Under the pieces are notes generated by a model. It was given only the letters and a program-made list of their open reading frames with translations. It ran no database searches and was not told the origin of the DNA. Both the position numbers and the translations under genes were made by a program. From Vulcanimicrobiota bacterium (GTDB lineage Bacteria; Vulcanimicrobiota; Vulcanimicrobiia; Vulcanimicrobiales; Vulcanimicrobiaceae), in assembly GCA_963714015.1 (NCBI GenBank), contig OY970223.1, positions 1,216,001-1,280,000 of the forward strand: DNA of 64,000 nt. Direction: 5' to 3'. Numbering within the stretch: position 1 is the stretch's first letter; every line of letters starts with the position of its first letter. Below, piece by piece: positions 1-11,205 of the stretch.

Positions 1-1125
1 GCGTCCTTCGGCTGCAAAGGCTTTGAGCGTCAGCGCCACCGGTTTGTCGCTGCCGTCGGCGCGAATCATGCCGAAGCTCATTTCGTGGTCGGCCCGGTCG
101 AACGGCGGCGTATCCGCCAAGCTTGCATCGTAGTTTGCCCAATTCCACCAGAAAGCGCCCAGAGCACCGCGCCGGTGCAGCCGCTCCAGCACTCGGCGGC
201 AGTAGTTCGCCATCTCGTCCTCAGTCAAACACGCGTAAGGCGCAGCGTTTGATGGAATGCGCGAGGCGTCCGGGGGCGGATCGCCCGGAAGCGGTTGGCG
301 ATCGTAAGGCGAGACCGTACCCGGTGGACACGTCGGATTTCCAAATTCGTTGAAGAGTACCGGTTTGCCGGACATCGATTGCCAGAGCTGACAAAGAAAC
401 GGCACGATTTCCGGATCGGTACGGCCGCGCGAAAGTTCGCCGTAGACGGAATATCCGTGCATGACGGCGCACTCGTGCGGCGCGCAGAACGACGATGGGC
501 GAATGCCGCGATCGTCGGTGATATCCTCGCCGTGTGTGCCGGCTAAGCAGCCCACGCCGGAAACCTCGCGCAGATCGTCGGTGAGCGCACGCGACCACTC
601 CGCCGCATCTTGTGGACTTGGGGCGCTTCGCACGTTGCTGAATTCGTTTCCGAGATCCCAAAGATAAAGCGCGGGATGCCGGCACGCCCGCTCGCCGATC
701 GATCGAACTTGAAACCGCAGCGCGTCCCGTAGCGGCTCGACGTAAAAGTCGCCTGCGCCCCAAGGTAACTGCACGCCGCCTGCTCCGAACGTCCGGAAGC
801 GGCCGTGCGGCCGCGACTTGTCCAGCGCCCACTCCGGCAGAAAATTTACGCCGCTCATGTGCCCGGTGAAGAACGTCGGCATCCCGCGCAGGCCCGCAGC
901 GGCGAGGGCGTCCATGAACGCGTCGAACCGGCGCAGCATCTGCGGGTCCATGCGCTGCGGTTCGGGCTGAAAGTCGTCCCACATGATGAAAAACCGCACC
1001 ACCGGCAGCCCCAAATCGCGAATGTGCGCGAAGTCCTCACGCAATTCGCCGAGGTCGAAGCGTTCCCACATGTACATGGCGCTGCGGCGCGGCCAGTAGT
1101 TGACGCCCAGCAGAAACGTGTCCAT
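1..1125 (-). CDS. Glycoside hydrolase, GH5-like (clan GH-A; mannanase/cellulase type); runs off the window start
   Basis: Not in ORF track (no stop in window). Manual translation from ATG 1125: MDTFLLGVNYWPRRSAMYMW...; in-frame WDLGNEF (acid/base), VLFNEFG (nucleophile), GAFWWNWANY. Confidence 0.85.
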   Translation of the reverse strand, partial: MDTFLLGVNYWPRRSAMYMWERFDLGELREDFAHIRDLGLPVVRFFIMWDDFQPEPQRMDPQMLRRFDAFMDALAAAGLRGMPTFFTGHMSGVNFLPEWALDKSRPHGRFRTFGAGGVQLPWGAGDFYVEPLRDALRFQVRSIGERACRHPALYLWDLGNEFSNVRSAPSPQDAAEWSRALTDDLREVSGVGCLAGTHGEDITDDRGIRPSSFCAPHECAVMHGYSVYGELSRGRTDPEIVPFLCQLWQSMSGKPVLFNEFGNPTCPPGTVSPYDRQPLPGDPPPDASRIPSNAAPYACLTEDEMANYCRRVLERLHRRGALGAFWWNWANYDASLADTPPFDRADHEMSFGMIRADGSDKPVALTLKAFAAEGR

Positions 1126-1184
1126 ACCCGCCGTTTCCCCATTGCACAGGCTTGTCATGCGCGTGACGTCGAAGCAAGCGCGCG

Positions 1185-1673
1185 ATGGAAGATGCGCAAA
1201 AACCTCTGGTCGGCATCATCATGGGCAGCGTTTCGGACATGGAAACCATGTCTGCCGCACGGGACATGCTGGAAGATCTGCAGATTCCGTTCGAGATCAA
1301 CGTGATCTCGGCTCACCGCACGCCCGATGAAATGTTCCGCTATGCCGAACAAGCGCAGCAGCGGGGGATCAAAGTGATCGTCGCGGGTGCAGGCGGCGCG
1401 GCGCATTTGCCGGGGATGACGGCGGCGAAGACGCTGCTGCCGGTCATCGGCGTTCCCGTCCAGTCTAAGACGCTGAAGGGCATCGACTCACTGCTCTCGA
1501 TCGCGCAAATGCCGAAGGGCGTTCCGGTTGCGACGGTTGCGATCGGCGGCGCAGCGAACGCCGCACTGCTCGCCGCGCGAATCCTTGCATTGGGCGACTC
1601 GGAAATTGAAGGCCGTTTGAATGCGTACGCCGCCAAAATGCACGATGAAGTCGTCGCGATAGCGCTGCAGTGA
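1185..1673 (+). CDS. purE: N5-carboxyaminoimidazole ribonucleotide mutase
   Basis: [44 protein letters not shown] motifs. Confidence 0.97.
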   Translation: MEDAQKPLVGIIMGSVSDMETMSAARDMLEDLQIPFEINVISAHRTPDEMFRYAEQAQQRGIKVIVAGAGGAAHLPGMTAAKTLLPVIGVPVQSKTLKGIDSLLSIAQMPKGVPVATVAIGGAANAALLAARILALGDSEIEGRLNAYAAKMHDEVVAIALQ

Positions 1674-2822
1674 TCTCGACGATCGGCGTAATCGGCGGCG
1701 GTCAGCTCGGGACGCATGCTGACGATCGACGCCAAACGAATGGGCTACGACGTCATCACGCTCGATCCTCAGCCGCGTTCGCCCTGCGGCCAAGTCGCCG
1801 ACGAACAGATCGTCGCGGCTTACGACGACTTCGAGGCTATCGACGAATTGGGGCGCCGTACCGACATCGTCACCTACGAATTCGAGAACATTGCGATCGA
1901 GTCGATAGTTCGCTTGGAGAAGGACGGCTACGGCGTTACGCCGGGCAGCGACGTGCTTGGCATCACCCAAGATCGACTGCTCGAAAAGCAGTTCGTGCGC
2001 TCGTGCGGCATCCCGGTCACCGAATTCCAAAAAGTCGACGACGTTGCCGAGTCGCGTACTGCGCTCGCGCGCGTCGGCTCTCCCGCTATTTTCAAAACGG
2101 TGCGGGGCGGATACGACGGCAAAGGCCAGTGGCGGGTTACGAGCGCACGCGAAGCAGAACAGGCGGTCGAGCAGGCGCGCGGAGCGCCGCTGATCGCCGA
2201 GCAGTTCGTGCCCTTCGCCTGCGAAATCAGCGTCATCTGCACGCGCAACGTGCGCGACGAAACCGTTACGTACCCTCCCGCCGAGAATATTCACGACCAC
2301 GGCATTCTGGCGATGTCCATCGTTCCGGCACGCGTGGATGCACGCGTGGCGCAGCAAGCCCGCGACTATGCTGAGCAGATTGCCGCCGCACTCCGGATCG
2401 TCGGAACCTTTTGCGTCGAGTATTTCGTCACCAAGGACGGCGGACTGCTCGTAAACGAGATCGCGCCGCGCCCGCACAACAGCGGGCACTACACGATCGA
2501 CGCGGCAGTCTGCTCCCAATACGAACAGCACGTGCGCGCTATCTGCGGCCTTCCGCTCTCGCCGCCGCAGCTGTTGCGCAACGCGATCATGGTCAATATC
2601 CTCGGAACCGGCACGGGTAACCATCTGGACGGAACGAGCGAGCTCCTTGCAGATCCCTCGATCGTGCTGCATATGTATGGGAAAAAGCATGCCGTCAACC
2701 GGCGGAAGATGGGGCATTTCACGATGCTTTTTCAGGAACCGATCTCGGAGGAGTCGATTGGCCGCGCGCGCGCCGCGCACGATTTGCTGCGGTGGGTCGA
2801 ATATGCGCCTGCTCGTTGTTGA
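1670..2822 (+). CDS. purK: N5-CAIR synthase (ATP-grasp), split by a +1 frameshift near 1710
   Basis: [14 protein letters not shown] then [11 protein letters not shown] in next frame; [32 protein letters not shown]; follows purE. Confidence 0.93.
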
Positions 2823-3477
2823 AGACGACCTGCGCCTATGCGACGTCCTGCGCAGAGGCCTGTGCGAACAGGGCCACGTGGTAGACGTCGCGCACGACGG
2901 CGTCGACGGAGAACGCTGGGCATCAGAAGCGGGTTACGATGCGATATTGCTCGACGTCAATCTCCCCAAGCGGGATGGTTTGAGCGTCGTACGCGCGCTC
3001 CGCGCGCACAGCATCGCAACGCCGGTGCTGATCCTCACCTCCCGTGACACGGCACAAGACGTCATCGAAGGGCTCGACGCGGGAGCGGACGATTATCTGC
3101 GAAAACCGTTTATATTCGGCGAACTCGAAGCGCGGCTGCGCACGATTCTGAGGCGCGGCGCCCGTGAGACGCTCGACGCCGAATTGCGAGTCGCCGACGT
3201 GCGGTTCAATCTGAGTTCGCGGCGCATAAGCCGCGGCTCGCGCGAGATCGACCTGACCGCACGCGAAAGCGCATTTCTGGAGTACTTCATGCGCAACGCC
3301 GGACGTCTGCTCACCAGACCGATGATCGAGGACGCCCTCTTCGATCGGGAGAGTGAGACGGTTTCGAACGTCGTTGAAGTATACGTCAGCCGCGTGCGTT
3401 CGAAGCTGACGGCCGGCGGCGAACCGCAGCTCCTGCACACCGTGCGCGGCGCCGGCTACCGCTTCGAAGCGCGATGA
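2803..3477 (+). CDS. OmpR/CusR-family response regulator
   Basis: [38 protein letters not shown] at 2803 within ORF 2647..3477. Confidence 0.95.
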   Translation: MRLLVVEDDLRLCDVLRRGLCEQGHVVDVAHDGVDGERWASEAGYDAILLDVNLPKRDGLSVVRALRAHSIATPVLILTSRDTAQDVIEGLDAGADDYLRKPFIFGELEARLRTILRRGARETLDAELRVADVRFNLSSRRISRGSREIDLTARESAFLEYFMRNAGRLLTRPMIEDALFDRESETVSNVVEVYVSRVRSKLTAGGEPQLLHTVRGAGYRFEAR

Positions 3478-4694
3478 ATCGTCCGCGCCTGAGCGCCGCC
3501 TATGCGGCTTTCATGTTCGCGGGATTGCTCATCTTTGCAGCGGCCGCGGTCGTCTCGATCGATCGCACGCTGCGATCGACGCTCGATTCGCGGCTTTCTA
3601 CCGAAGCGAACGCGACGGGCGCATTCATCGACGTCAAACACGGCGCCATCGCAATCGACAGCGACGATCGCAAGCAGTTTCTCTCCGTGCTGAGCGTAGC
3701 GAGCAACGGCGTCGTGCTCGACCGCTCCGGCAACGTATTGCTCTCCAGCAGCGCCAATGCTCCGGCTGCAGTTCGCGCACTGGGAGCCGATTCGGGCGGT
3801 TACTACACCGTCGGCAGCGGCGACACGGCACTCAGGGCTTTCGCCGCGCCGATGTCCGCGGACGGTAAACGGATTGGAACCGTCGTCATTTGGCGAAGCG
3901 TTGGCTGGATTGGCGAAACCGATCGCGAATCCGCGACTGCTTTCGCCGCGGCGGCATTGGTGATCGCGGTGCTCGCGTTGCTGGCCGGCGATCGCGTAAC
4001 CCGCCGCGCACTCGACGACGCCTTTCAACGCCAGCGCCGTTTCACCGCGGACGCCTCGCACGAACTGCGCGCACCGCTTGCCGTGATTCGCGCGGAGTCC
4101 GACCTGGCTTTGCGACGTGAACGCGATCCCAGCGAGTATCGTGCGGCGATCCAAACGATCGCGGCGGAAACCGATCGCATGGAGGGTCTCATCGGCGATC
4201 TGCTTTCCGCGGCGCGCGCGGAGAGCGGAAGGTTCAAACGCGAGCGCACCGACTTGTCCGCGATAGTGACTCGGGTCTCGGAGCGGCTGCGTTCGACACT
4301 CGCGGCAAAGCAGAGCGCGATCGGCGTCGACGTTCCGAGTGCCGCATACGTCCTGGCAGACGAAAAAGCACTCGAGCGAGCGATCATGGCTGTGGGGCAT
4401 AATGCCGTGCAGCACGTTCCTAAAGGCGGGCGCGTGCAAATGGAACTGCGCAAAGACGGGGCATGGTTCGAGGTCGAGGTTCAGGATTCGGGTCCCGGGT
4501 TCACTGCGTCGGCCCTAGCGCACGCCTTCGATCGTTTTTGGAGAGAGGGAAGCGCCGTTCACGAACCAGGCACCGGCCTGGGACTGGCGATCGCAAAGTC
4601 CATCGTGGAGTCGTGCGGGGGGCAAATCCGGCTTACGAACCAACCCGATGGCGGCGCCCGCGTGCTCATGCGTCTGCCGGCCAGTTCAGGCTAG
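3474..4694 (+). CDS. Sensor histidine kinase
   Basis: Two TM segments, ADASHELRAPL H-box, DSGPG and GTGLGLAI boxes; ATGA overlap with regulator. Confidence 0.95.
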   Translation: MNRPRLSAAYAAFMFAGLLIFAAAAVVSIDRTLRSTLDSRLSTEANATGAFIDVKHGAIAIDSDDRKQFLSVLSVASNGVVLDRSGNVLLSSSANAPAAVRALGADSGGYYTVGSGDTALRAFAAPMSADGKRIGTVVIWRSVGWIGETDRESATAFAAAALVIAVLALLAGDRVTRRALDDAFQRQRRFTADASHELRAPLAVIRAESDLALRRERDPSEYRAAIQTIAAETDRMEGLIGDLLSAARAESGRFKRERTDLSAIVTRVSERLRSTLAAKQSAIGVDVPSAAYVLADEKALERAIMAVGHNAVQHVPKGGRVQMELRKDGAWFEVEVQDSGPGFTASALAHAFDRFWREGSAVHEPGTGLGLAIAKSIVESCGGQIRLTNQPDGGARVLMRLPASSG

Positions 4695-4766
4695 GGTCAG
4701 ATTCCTACCGTACGATCCCGCATATGATCTTGGTCAGGGAACAGCGGTTCCTTAGGAGCTGAGCCG

Positions 4767-7700
4767 ATTAACATTTCCGGCTTGGGACTGAGGCACGAAA
4801 AAACGATCGTCTTCCTCGTCGCAGTCCTCACTGTTTTGGGCGTCTACGCGTACACGACGATCCCGGCGAGCATCTTTCCGACGATGACGTTCGCGCGCAT
4901 CGACGTCGTCGCGAATTCGGGGAATTTGCCGCCGGAGCAGATTCGCGTAGCCGTCGCACTCCCGCTGGAACGCGCTTTTCAAGGTTTGCCCGCGGTTACG
5001 CGCGTCTTGACGACCGATGGACAAGGCAACGCGGAGTTCGTCGTCGAGTTCGATCCGAAGAGCAGCGTGCAAACGGATCTGACGTACGTCGATCAGGCGG
5101 TCTCGCAAGTTCGCGGTTCGTTGCCGCCCCAGACGGACGTCGAGTCGAATATCATCAATCCGAACAGCGAGCCGATCGTCTCGTACGCGCTGACGTCGAA
5201 CTCCATGTCGCAAACGCTGCTCTCCGAGCTGGCGACGCAATCGATGGTACCTCGATTTTACGGTGCGCCGGGGCTTGCCCGCGTGACCGTCGCGGGCGGA
5301 GCGCAGCGCGAGTTTCACGTTACGCTCAATCCAAGCGCGCTCGCGCAGTATGGGCTCACCGCGAGCGGCGTCGATCAGGCGCTGTCCCAAGCCACCACGG
5401 TAACGGCACTGGGTCTTCAGAGCGAGCACTATCAGCGTAACGTCGTGGTATTGGATGCGGATATCCGGACGGCGGGACAGCTCGGGCGGGTTACGGTGCC
5501 GACGTCGCAAAAGACCGCCGTGCCGCTTTCCGCTCTGGGAACAGTGACGCTCGGCATCGCGCCGCTGACCGATCAAGTGAGCTTCGATGCGCATCACGCC
5601 GTCATTCTCAGTTTTTACGCGCTTCCGGGAGCCGATGCAGTGAAGATGGCGGACGGAATCGCGCAGCGCGCGAGCCCACTCGAGGCTGCATTGCCTGCGG
5701 GGACGCGGCTGATCCGGTTTTGGGATCAGACGACGCTGGTGAAGGATTCGCAGGCCTCGCTGCGCGACGCGATTCTGCTCGGCGCGCTGCTTGCCATTCT
5801 CGTGATATACTTATTTCTGCGCAACCTGCGCATGACGTTGGTCGCGGCAATCGTGATTCCGATTGCCATGTCAATCGCCATCTTCGTCATTGGGCAGGCG
5901 GGCGAGACGCTGAATTTGATGAGCGTGGGCGGTTTGGCAATTGCCGTCGGCCTCATCATAGATGACGCAATCGTGGTCATCGAGAACATCGCCCGTATCC
6001 ATCATCAGAATGCGGGAATGCCGATGCGCGACGTGGTTGCCGTAGCGATGGCGCAAATCGGGCCGGCGATGATCGCCTCAACCACGACGACGGTCGTCGT
6101 CTTCCTTCCCCTCGCGCTGCTCTCGGGAGTGAGCGGATTCTTTTTCCGCGCACTCGCAATGACGCTGGCATCGGCGCTCGTCGTTTCATTGCTGCTCGCG
6201 CTTTTCGTCGCACCGGTATTGGCAAAGTGGCTCGTGCGTCCGCAGGATGAAGACGTCGAAGATCACGGGTTGATCGCCGGCGCGCTGGCGCGATACGAAC
6301 CGCTGCTGCGCTGGGCGCTGAATCACCGGCCGCAGATGTACGCCGCATCGGTTGCGGTGCTCGTCGTCACGGTGTTGCTGCTCTCACACATGCCCAGCGA
6401 TTTTCTTCCGAAACTGGACGAGGGACAGTTCGAGATCGGCTATCAATTGCCGGTTGGAACGACGCTCGCGGCGACCGACGCGGCTGCAACCCTCATGGAA
6501 CGGATTATCAAAGCCGATCCGGCCGTCGTTGCCGTCGGGAGATGGACCGGTATCGACACGAACGGCTATTCTCCCACACCGCAGAACGCCGGTGCCATTC
6601 GCGTGCGGCTAAAAGCCCCAAGCCGGCGCGCAAGCTACGACGCCGTGAGCGCTCGTCTGCGCGATCGACTCACCGCGGCGGTCCCTTCCGCGCAATACGA
6701 CTTTCATCAAATTCTCGAAGACATGATTAACGACGTTTCCGGCGCCCCCGCTCCGCTCGAAATTTCGGTGCGGGGACCGGATCAAGCGCAGCTGGTGCGG
6801 ATTGCGTCGACCCTTTCCGGCAAAGTCAGCGACGTTCCCGGCGTGTCGGACGTGTTTTCCGGCGTCGTCTATACGGACCCCACGATTCGAGTTGCGCCGC
6901 AGCTGCGGCAGCTCGCAGCGATCGGTATGCAGCCCTCGGAGTTCGGCGAAGCCGTTTCGGCGCAGCAGCAGGGCACGGTTGCGGCGGACGTGCCGGGGCA
7001 ATACCAAATGGTGCCTGTCCGGGTTACCGTCGATGGCCAGGGCAATTTGAGCGAACAGCATGTAGTAACACCCGGCGGTGTCGCGGCGCTGCAAACGATC
7101 GCGCAAGTGCAGCATGCGGGCCTGGCCTCGACCGTCTACGAAGAGAACGGTGAACGCATGTTGCGCATCACCGGAACGATAACGGGAAATCTCTCGAGCG
7201 TGGTCTCGCGCGTGCAAGCAGCGATTGCCGCGGCGGGCGTTCCGCCGGGCTACAGTACGTCGATCGGCGGCGAATATCAAGAACAGCAGCAGTCGTTCAA
7301 AGAATTCGCGGCCGTCGTCGGCATTGCGGTTGCGCTCGTGTTCGGGGTCGTGCTCGCGACTTTCAAATCTTACCGGCTGCCGCTGGTCATTCTCACCGCG
7401 ATACCGCTCGCGCTGATCGGCGTGGCGCTCGGCCTGTTCATCACCGGCACGCCCTTTAACGTCTCCTCGTTCATGGGACTTCTGCTGCTGGTCGGGATCG
7501 TCGTGAAGAACGGTATTCTGCTCGTCGACGTCGCGAATCAAAGGCGGATCGATGGTGACGACGTCGTCACCGCGCTGGTCGTTGCGGGAAAGATGCGCTT
7601 GCGTCCCATCGTCATGACGACGTTCGCCGCCATCGGCGGTTTGCTGCCGCTGGCGCTTGGCATCGGTCCCGGCGCTGCAATGGAACGACCCCTCGCGATT

Positions 7701-7796
7701 GCGGTTATTGGAGGCCTCTCGACGGCGACCGCCTTTACGCTCGTGGTGATTCCCGTGCTGTATTCTGGAATCGCCGTCAAGCGGCGAGCCGTATGA
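4767..7796 (+). CDS. RND efflux permease (CusA/CzcA/AcrB family)
   Basis: ~1000 aa, GLIIDDAIVVIENI, GIVVKNGILLVD, RLRPIVMTT; start either ATT 4767 (RBS AGGAG 4754-4758) or TTG 4782. Confidence 0.93.
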   Translation: MNISGLGLRHEKTIVFLVAVLTVLGVYAYTTIPASIFPTMTFARIDVVANSGNLPPEQIRVAVALPLERAFQGLPAVTRVLTTDGQGNAEFVVEFDPKSSVQTDLTYVDQAVSQVRGSLPPQTDVESNIINPNSEPIVSYALTSNSMSQTLLSELATQSMVPRFYGAPGLARVTVAGGAQREFHVTLNPSALAQYGLTASGVDQALSQATTVTALGLQSEHYQRNVVVLDADIRTAGQLGRVTVPTSQKTAVPLSALGTVTLGIAPLTDQVSFDAHHAVILSFYALPGADAVKMADGIAQRASPLEAALPAGTRLIRFWDQTTLVKDSQASLRDAILLGALLAILVIYLFLRNLRMTLVAAIVIPIAMSIAIFVIGQAGETLNLMSVGGLAIAVGLIIDDAIVVIENIARIHHQNAGMPMRDVVAVAMAQIGPAMIASTTTTVVVFLPLALLSGVSGFFFRALAMTLASALVVSLLLALFVAPVLAKWLVRPQDEDVEDHGLIAGALARYEPLLRWALNHRPQMYAASVAVLVVTVLLLSHMPSDFLPKLDEGQFEIGYQLPVGTTLAATDAAATLMERIIKADPAVVAVGRWTGIDTNGYSPTPQNAGAIRVRLKAPSRRASYDAVSARLRDRLTAAVPSAQYDFHQILEDMINDVSGAPAPLEISVRGPDQAQLVRIASTLSGKVSDVPGVSDVFSGVVYTDPTIRVAPQLRQLAAIGMQPSEFGEAVSAQQQGTVAADVPGQYQMVPVRVTVDGQGNLSEQHVVTPGGVAALQTIAQVQHAGLASTVYEENGERMLRITGTITGNLSSVVSRVQAAIAAAGVPPGYSTSIGGEYQEQQQSFKEFAAVVGIAVALVFGVVLATFKSYRLPLVILTAIPLALIGVALGLFITGTPFNVSSFMGLLLLVGIVVKNGILLVDVANQRRIDGDDVVTALVVAGKMRLRPIVMTTFAAIGGLLPLALGIGPGAAMERPLAIAVIGGLSTATAFTLVVIPVLYSGIAVKRRAV

Positions 7797-9002
7797 TTTC
7801 AGCGCTGGCGCTTTCGGTGACCATGTTTGCCGGCTTACCGCTTGCACAGGCGCAGTCGCGCGCGCTGCAGGGATCGCCGGACGTGCAAATCGCGCTCGCT
7901 AAAGTCGACGAAGCGCAAGCGCTCTACGATCAGGCACGCAGCTGCGTTCGGCCCATCGATCGTCGGTAATTACGTGGAAGGGCCGCAAGGTGCGCCGCAA
8001 GGAACGATCGCGCAGCGGCTTACCACGGTCGGTGCTTCCGTCACGCTCGGCGATCTGATCGCGCATTCGCCCGTCGTTGCGCAGGCTTACTCCGCGTTTC
8101 GCGCCGCTTCTTTCGATTACCAGAATGCGATACGGATGGAGCGCATCAACGTGATTCATCTTTATTTCGCCGCTCTCTCCGCCAATGCGGCCTCGAATGC
8201 ACGCGAGCAGCAACTCTCGAGCGCGCAGGCACAATTGCGGGCGGCGCAACTGCGTTTCAACGCCGGGGATGCGCCGCATCTCGACGTCGTGCGCGCGGAT
8301 GTTGCGCTCGCGCAAGCGCAGGCGTCGCTCGCGACGGCGCAGGCGGACCGCCGCAATGCCTATCAGGCGTTGGAAGCCGAAGCCGGATCGAACGATGCAG
8401 AACTGGCGCGTTTGACGCAGGCCGCGCCGAATGCGCTTGCAGTGCAGGTGCCGAATTCCGGAGCGGCGACCGTTGCAGCACTGGCCAATCGTCCGGAAAT
8501 TGCGTCGGCGCGCGAGAACGTGCAAGCCGAAGAACGGGCCGTGCAAGTGGCTCGGCGTGGCGGGCTTCCGGTTCTGACGTTGACCGGCGGTATGACCAGC
8601 GGTTCGGATTCCGGCTATCCGGTCTCGGGGCCCTCCGCAACGGCGAATTTGAGTTTTCCGATCGGCGGAGCCGCTCACGCGCGCGTGACGGCAGAAGAAG
8701 CGCGGCTCGCGCAAGCGCGCGCTCAGCTCGGCAAGGAGACGCGCGACATCTCGCTCGAGGCCGCATCGGCGGCGCGCACCTACGCCGCGCAGCAGACGGC
8801 GCTTCAGGCAGCCGATCGCGCTTTGACGGAAGCAAGTGCCGAATTGCACGCAACGCAGATTGGTTATGCGAGCGGTGCCAGTTCGAGTTTGGACGTCGAG
8901 ACGGCACGGACAACGTATACGCAGGCGTTACTCGGTCAAATTTCCGCGACCTATGCGATGGCGGAAGCCGGCGCGACGCTGCAGCTGTTGACCGGTCGAT
9001 GA
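7793..9002 (+). CDS. TolC-family outer-membrane efflux protein, +1 frameshift near 7941
   Basis: ATG 7793 overlaps RND stop and encodes a signal peptide (MISALALSVTMFAG...); joins ORF 7827..9002 with AQLRFNAG, ALANRPEI, GYASGASSSLDV. Confidence 0.85.
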
Positions 9003-10237
9003 GAGGAGCGTTGTTGGGTAACCGACGTTGGTGGATTGCCGCTGCAATTGCAGCACTGGCAGTCGTTGTCATCGTTCTCGTTCGGCGGCATGGTGAGCCG
9101 GTCGATACCGCAGCAACGACGGCTCCGGACGTGAAACTCGCCACCGTTCGCACGGGTGAGTACGCCGTCATGTTGCGTGAAGCAGGGCATGTCGGCGAAC
9201 CGGCGGGGACGGTCACGAAACCTGCATTTGCGGTGGCGGGAATTTTGCAGACGGTGTTCGTGCACGTCGGCGAGAGCGTTTCGCAAGGAGCACCGATCGC
9301 GGAGCTCGATACGCGAGCCCTCTCCTTGGATGCGCAGCAAGCGCAGGCAGAAGCCGCTGCCGCGCAGGCAAGCTATGCCGGCGGTGCAGTACCGGCGGCA
9401 CAGCTCACCGGCGCGCAAGCCAATGCGCGCGCCGCGCAGGAGCGGGCGCAAGCGGACGAGGCGCAGGTCGCACGCGAACGGCGGCTCTACGCCGCCGGCG
9501 TCTCCGCGCTCAAAGACGTCCAAGCCGCACAGGCGCAGCTCGCGGCGGATCGCGCCGCGGCAAGCGTCGCAGCAGCCGATGCGCGCGCGGCAGCATCGCA
9601 GCCTCAAGTAGTCGGTGCGCAGGCTCAGGCGGCTCAAGCTCGTGCGGCGGCGGCACAGCATATGCTCGATCAAGGGACGCTGCGCGCGCCGGTTTCGGGA
9701 GTCGTCACGGCGGTTTACAAACGCCCCGGCGAATCCGTCGACCCGACCACGCCCGTGCTCGCCATCGGTCCGTCCCAGCAAAACGTAGCGACTCTGGACG
9801 TGCCCTCGGGCGACGCGCAGCAGATCGCCCAAGGGAATCCGGTCACACTGACGATTGACGGCATGTCCGAGCGCGGAGAAGGCGTCGTAACGGCGGTCGT
9901 GCCGTCGGTGGATCCGGCGACGCAGAACGCGACAGTCGTCGTGTCCGGCGTTCCGGCGGGGTCAGTCGCCGGAAGCGCCGCCCAGGCGCAGATCGTGGTG
10001 GCGCACGTTCGCGGCACGCTCATTCCGGAAAATGCGATCGTTCAAGATCCGCAGTCGGGCGAGAACGTCGTCTTTGTGCAGCAGCGGCAGTCCGACGGCA
10101 GCGTGAAGTTCGCGCAGCGCGCGATAACCGTTCTTCACGAAGACGGAACGACCGCGGACGTGTCGGGGCTCTCGCCGGGCCAGCGCGTCGCCGCGCAAGG
10201 CGCGTTCTCACTGCTCGCGCCTGCGGGCGGCGACTAA
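8999..10237 (+). CDS. RND periplasmic adaptor (membrane fusion protein)
   Basis: N-terminal TM, VGESVSQGAPIAELD, coiled coil, LRAPVSGVV, GLSPGQRV. Confidence 0.93.
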   Translation: MRGALLGNRRWWIAAAIAALAVVVIVLVRRHGEPVDTAATTAPDVKLATVRTGEYAVMLREAGHVGEPAGTVTKPAFAVAGILQTVFVHVGESVSQGAPIAELDTRALSLDAQQAQAEAAAAQASYAGGAVPAAQLTGAQANARAAQERAQADEAQVARERRLYAAGVSALKDVQAAQAQLAADRAAASVAAADARAAASQPQVVGAQAQAAQARAAAAQHMLDQGTLRAPVSGVVTAVYKRPGESVDPTTPVLAIGPSQQNVATLDVPSGDAQQIAQGNPVTLTIDGMSERGEGVVTAVVPSVDPATQNATVVVSGVPAGSVAGSAAQAQIVVAHVRGTLIPENAIVQDPQSGENVVFVQQRQSDGSVKFAQRAITVLHEDGTTADVSGLSPGQRVAAQGAFSLLAPAGGD

Positions 10238-10254
10238 TTCACAGATTCGACGGG

Positions 10255-11175
10255 CTATTTCCCGGTGTAGGTAAATCCCTGGACGAAGTCGGGGCCGGAC
10301 GTCGAGCCCCACTCGACCCATAGGCGTCCGGTCTTGGGGTCAACGCCCACGTTATGCATTTCATCGTGCACGTGACGGTACGCAACCCGTACCGGATTGC
10401 CGGTTGCCGGGATGCGGTAGAGCGCGATGCCGCCATTCGCCGCGCAGGCGAGCTGCTGGCGCTGCTGGTCCAGCGAGCACTGATCGACGCGCGGCGGCAG
10501 CGACGTCGTTCCAATCCGCTTGCCGTCCAACGTATAAACGCTCAGTACGCCGGTTCCGCCCACGAGCAGCGTGCGGTACGCATCATCGAACTGCAGCGGA
10601 TGGTTGTTTTTGATGTCCGGCGTCTTAATCGTTCGCACGACCTTCAGCGAATTCGGATCGATCACTGCGATCTCGCTCGCACGAGCGACGTTTTGATACA
10701 GCATGTGCGTCTGCGGATCGATCGCGAGAAACTCCGGCTTCACGCCGGGCAGCGCAATGGTCTTCACCCATTTAAACGTCGTCGTGTCGATGACGAAGAT
10801 CTTCGTGCCGTCATCTTCGTCGCCATAAATGCGGTGATATTTCGCATCGTACGCAATTGCGTCGACCGGTCCGCTGACGCTGACCCGGCGGATCTCTTTC
10901 ATGGTCACCGGATTCACTTCGGAGAGCGCCTTGTCGTCGCCGTCGCCCGTGTACACGTTTCCGGTTGCCTCGTTCACGGCGGAACCGGCCATCGGGCCGA
11001 CCTTCACCTGACCGAGCACTTTGCCCGTATCCGCGTTGACGATCAGCAGCGCGTTGTTGCCGTCCCCGTGGGCCGCGTAGACGCGCCGGCGCAGCGCATC
11101 GACGCTAACATAGTCGAATCCGTGTCCGACCGTAGCCGTCACCGGCTGCGGCGGAACAAAAGGAAGAATTGGCAT
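10255..11175 (-). CDS. YncE/YVTN-type beta-propeller protein
   Basis: GFDYVSVD..RRVYAAH and repeated xIxVIDxxT blades; RBS AAAGGA upstream. Confidence 0.8.
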   Translation of the reverse strand: MPILPFVPPQPVTATVGHGFDYVSVDALRRRVYAAHGDGNNALLIVNADTGKVLGQVKVGPMAGSAVNEATGNVYTGDGDDKALSEVNPVTMKEIRRVSVSGPVDAIAYDAKYHRIYGDEDDGTKIFVIDTTTFKWVKTIALPGVKPEFLAIDPQTHMLYQNVARASEIAVIDPNSLKVVRTIKTPDIKNNHPLQFDDAYRTLLVGGTGVLSVYTLDGKRIGTTSLPPRVDQCSLDQQRQQLACAANGGIALYRIPATGNPVRVAYRHVHDEMHNVGVDPKTGRLWVEWGSTSGPDFVQGFTYTGK

Positions 11176-11205
11176 TCGATAAGTCCTTTCTACAGAAGTT
11201 CTAGG

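Noticed and set aside
1700..1720. Programmed ribosomal frameshifting in purK (and in pyrF, chdC, sixA)
   Set aside because: No slippery heptamer or shared stimulatory signal; sequencing insertion is more parsimonious
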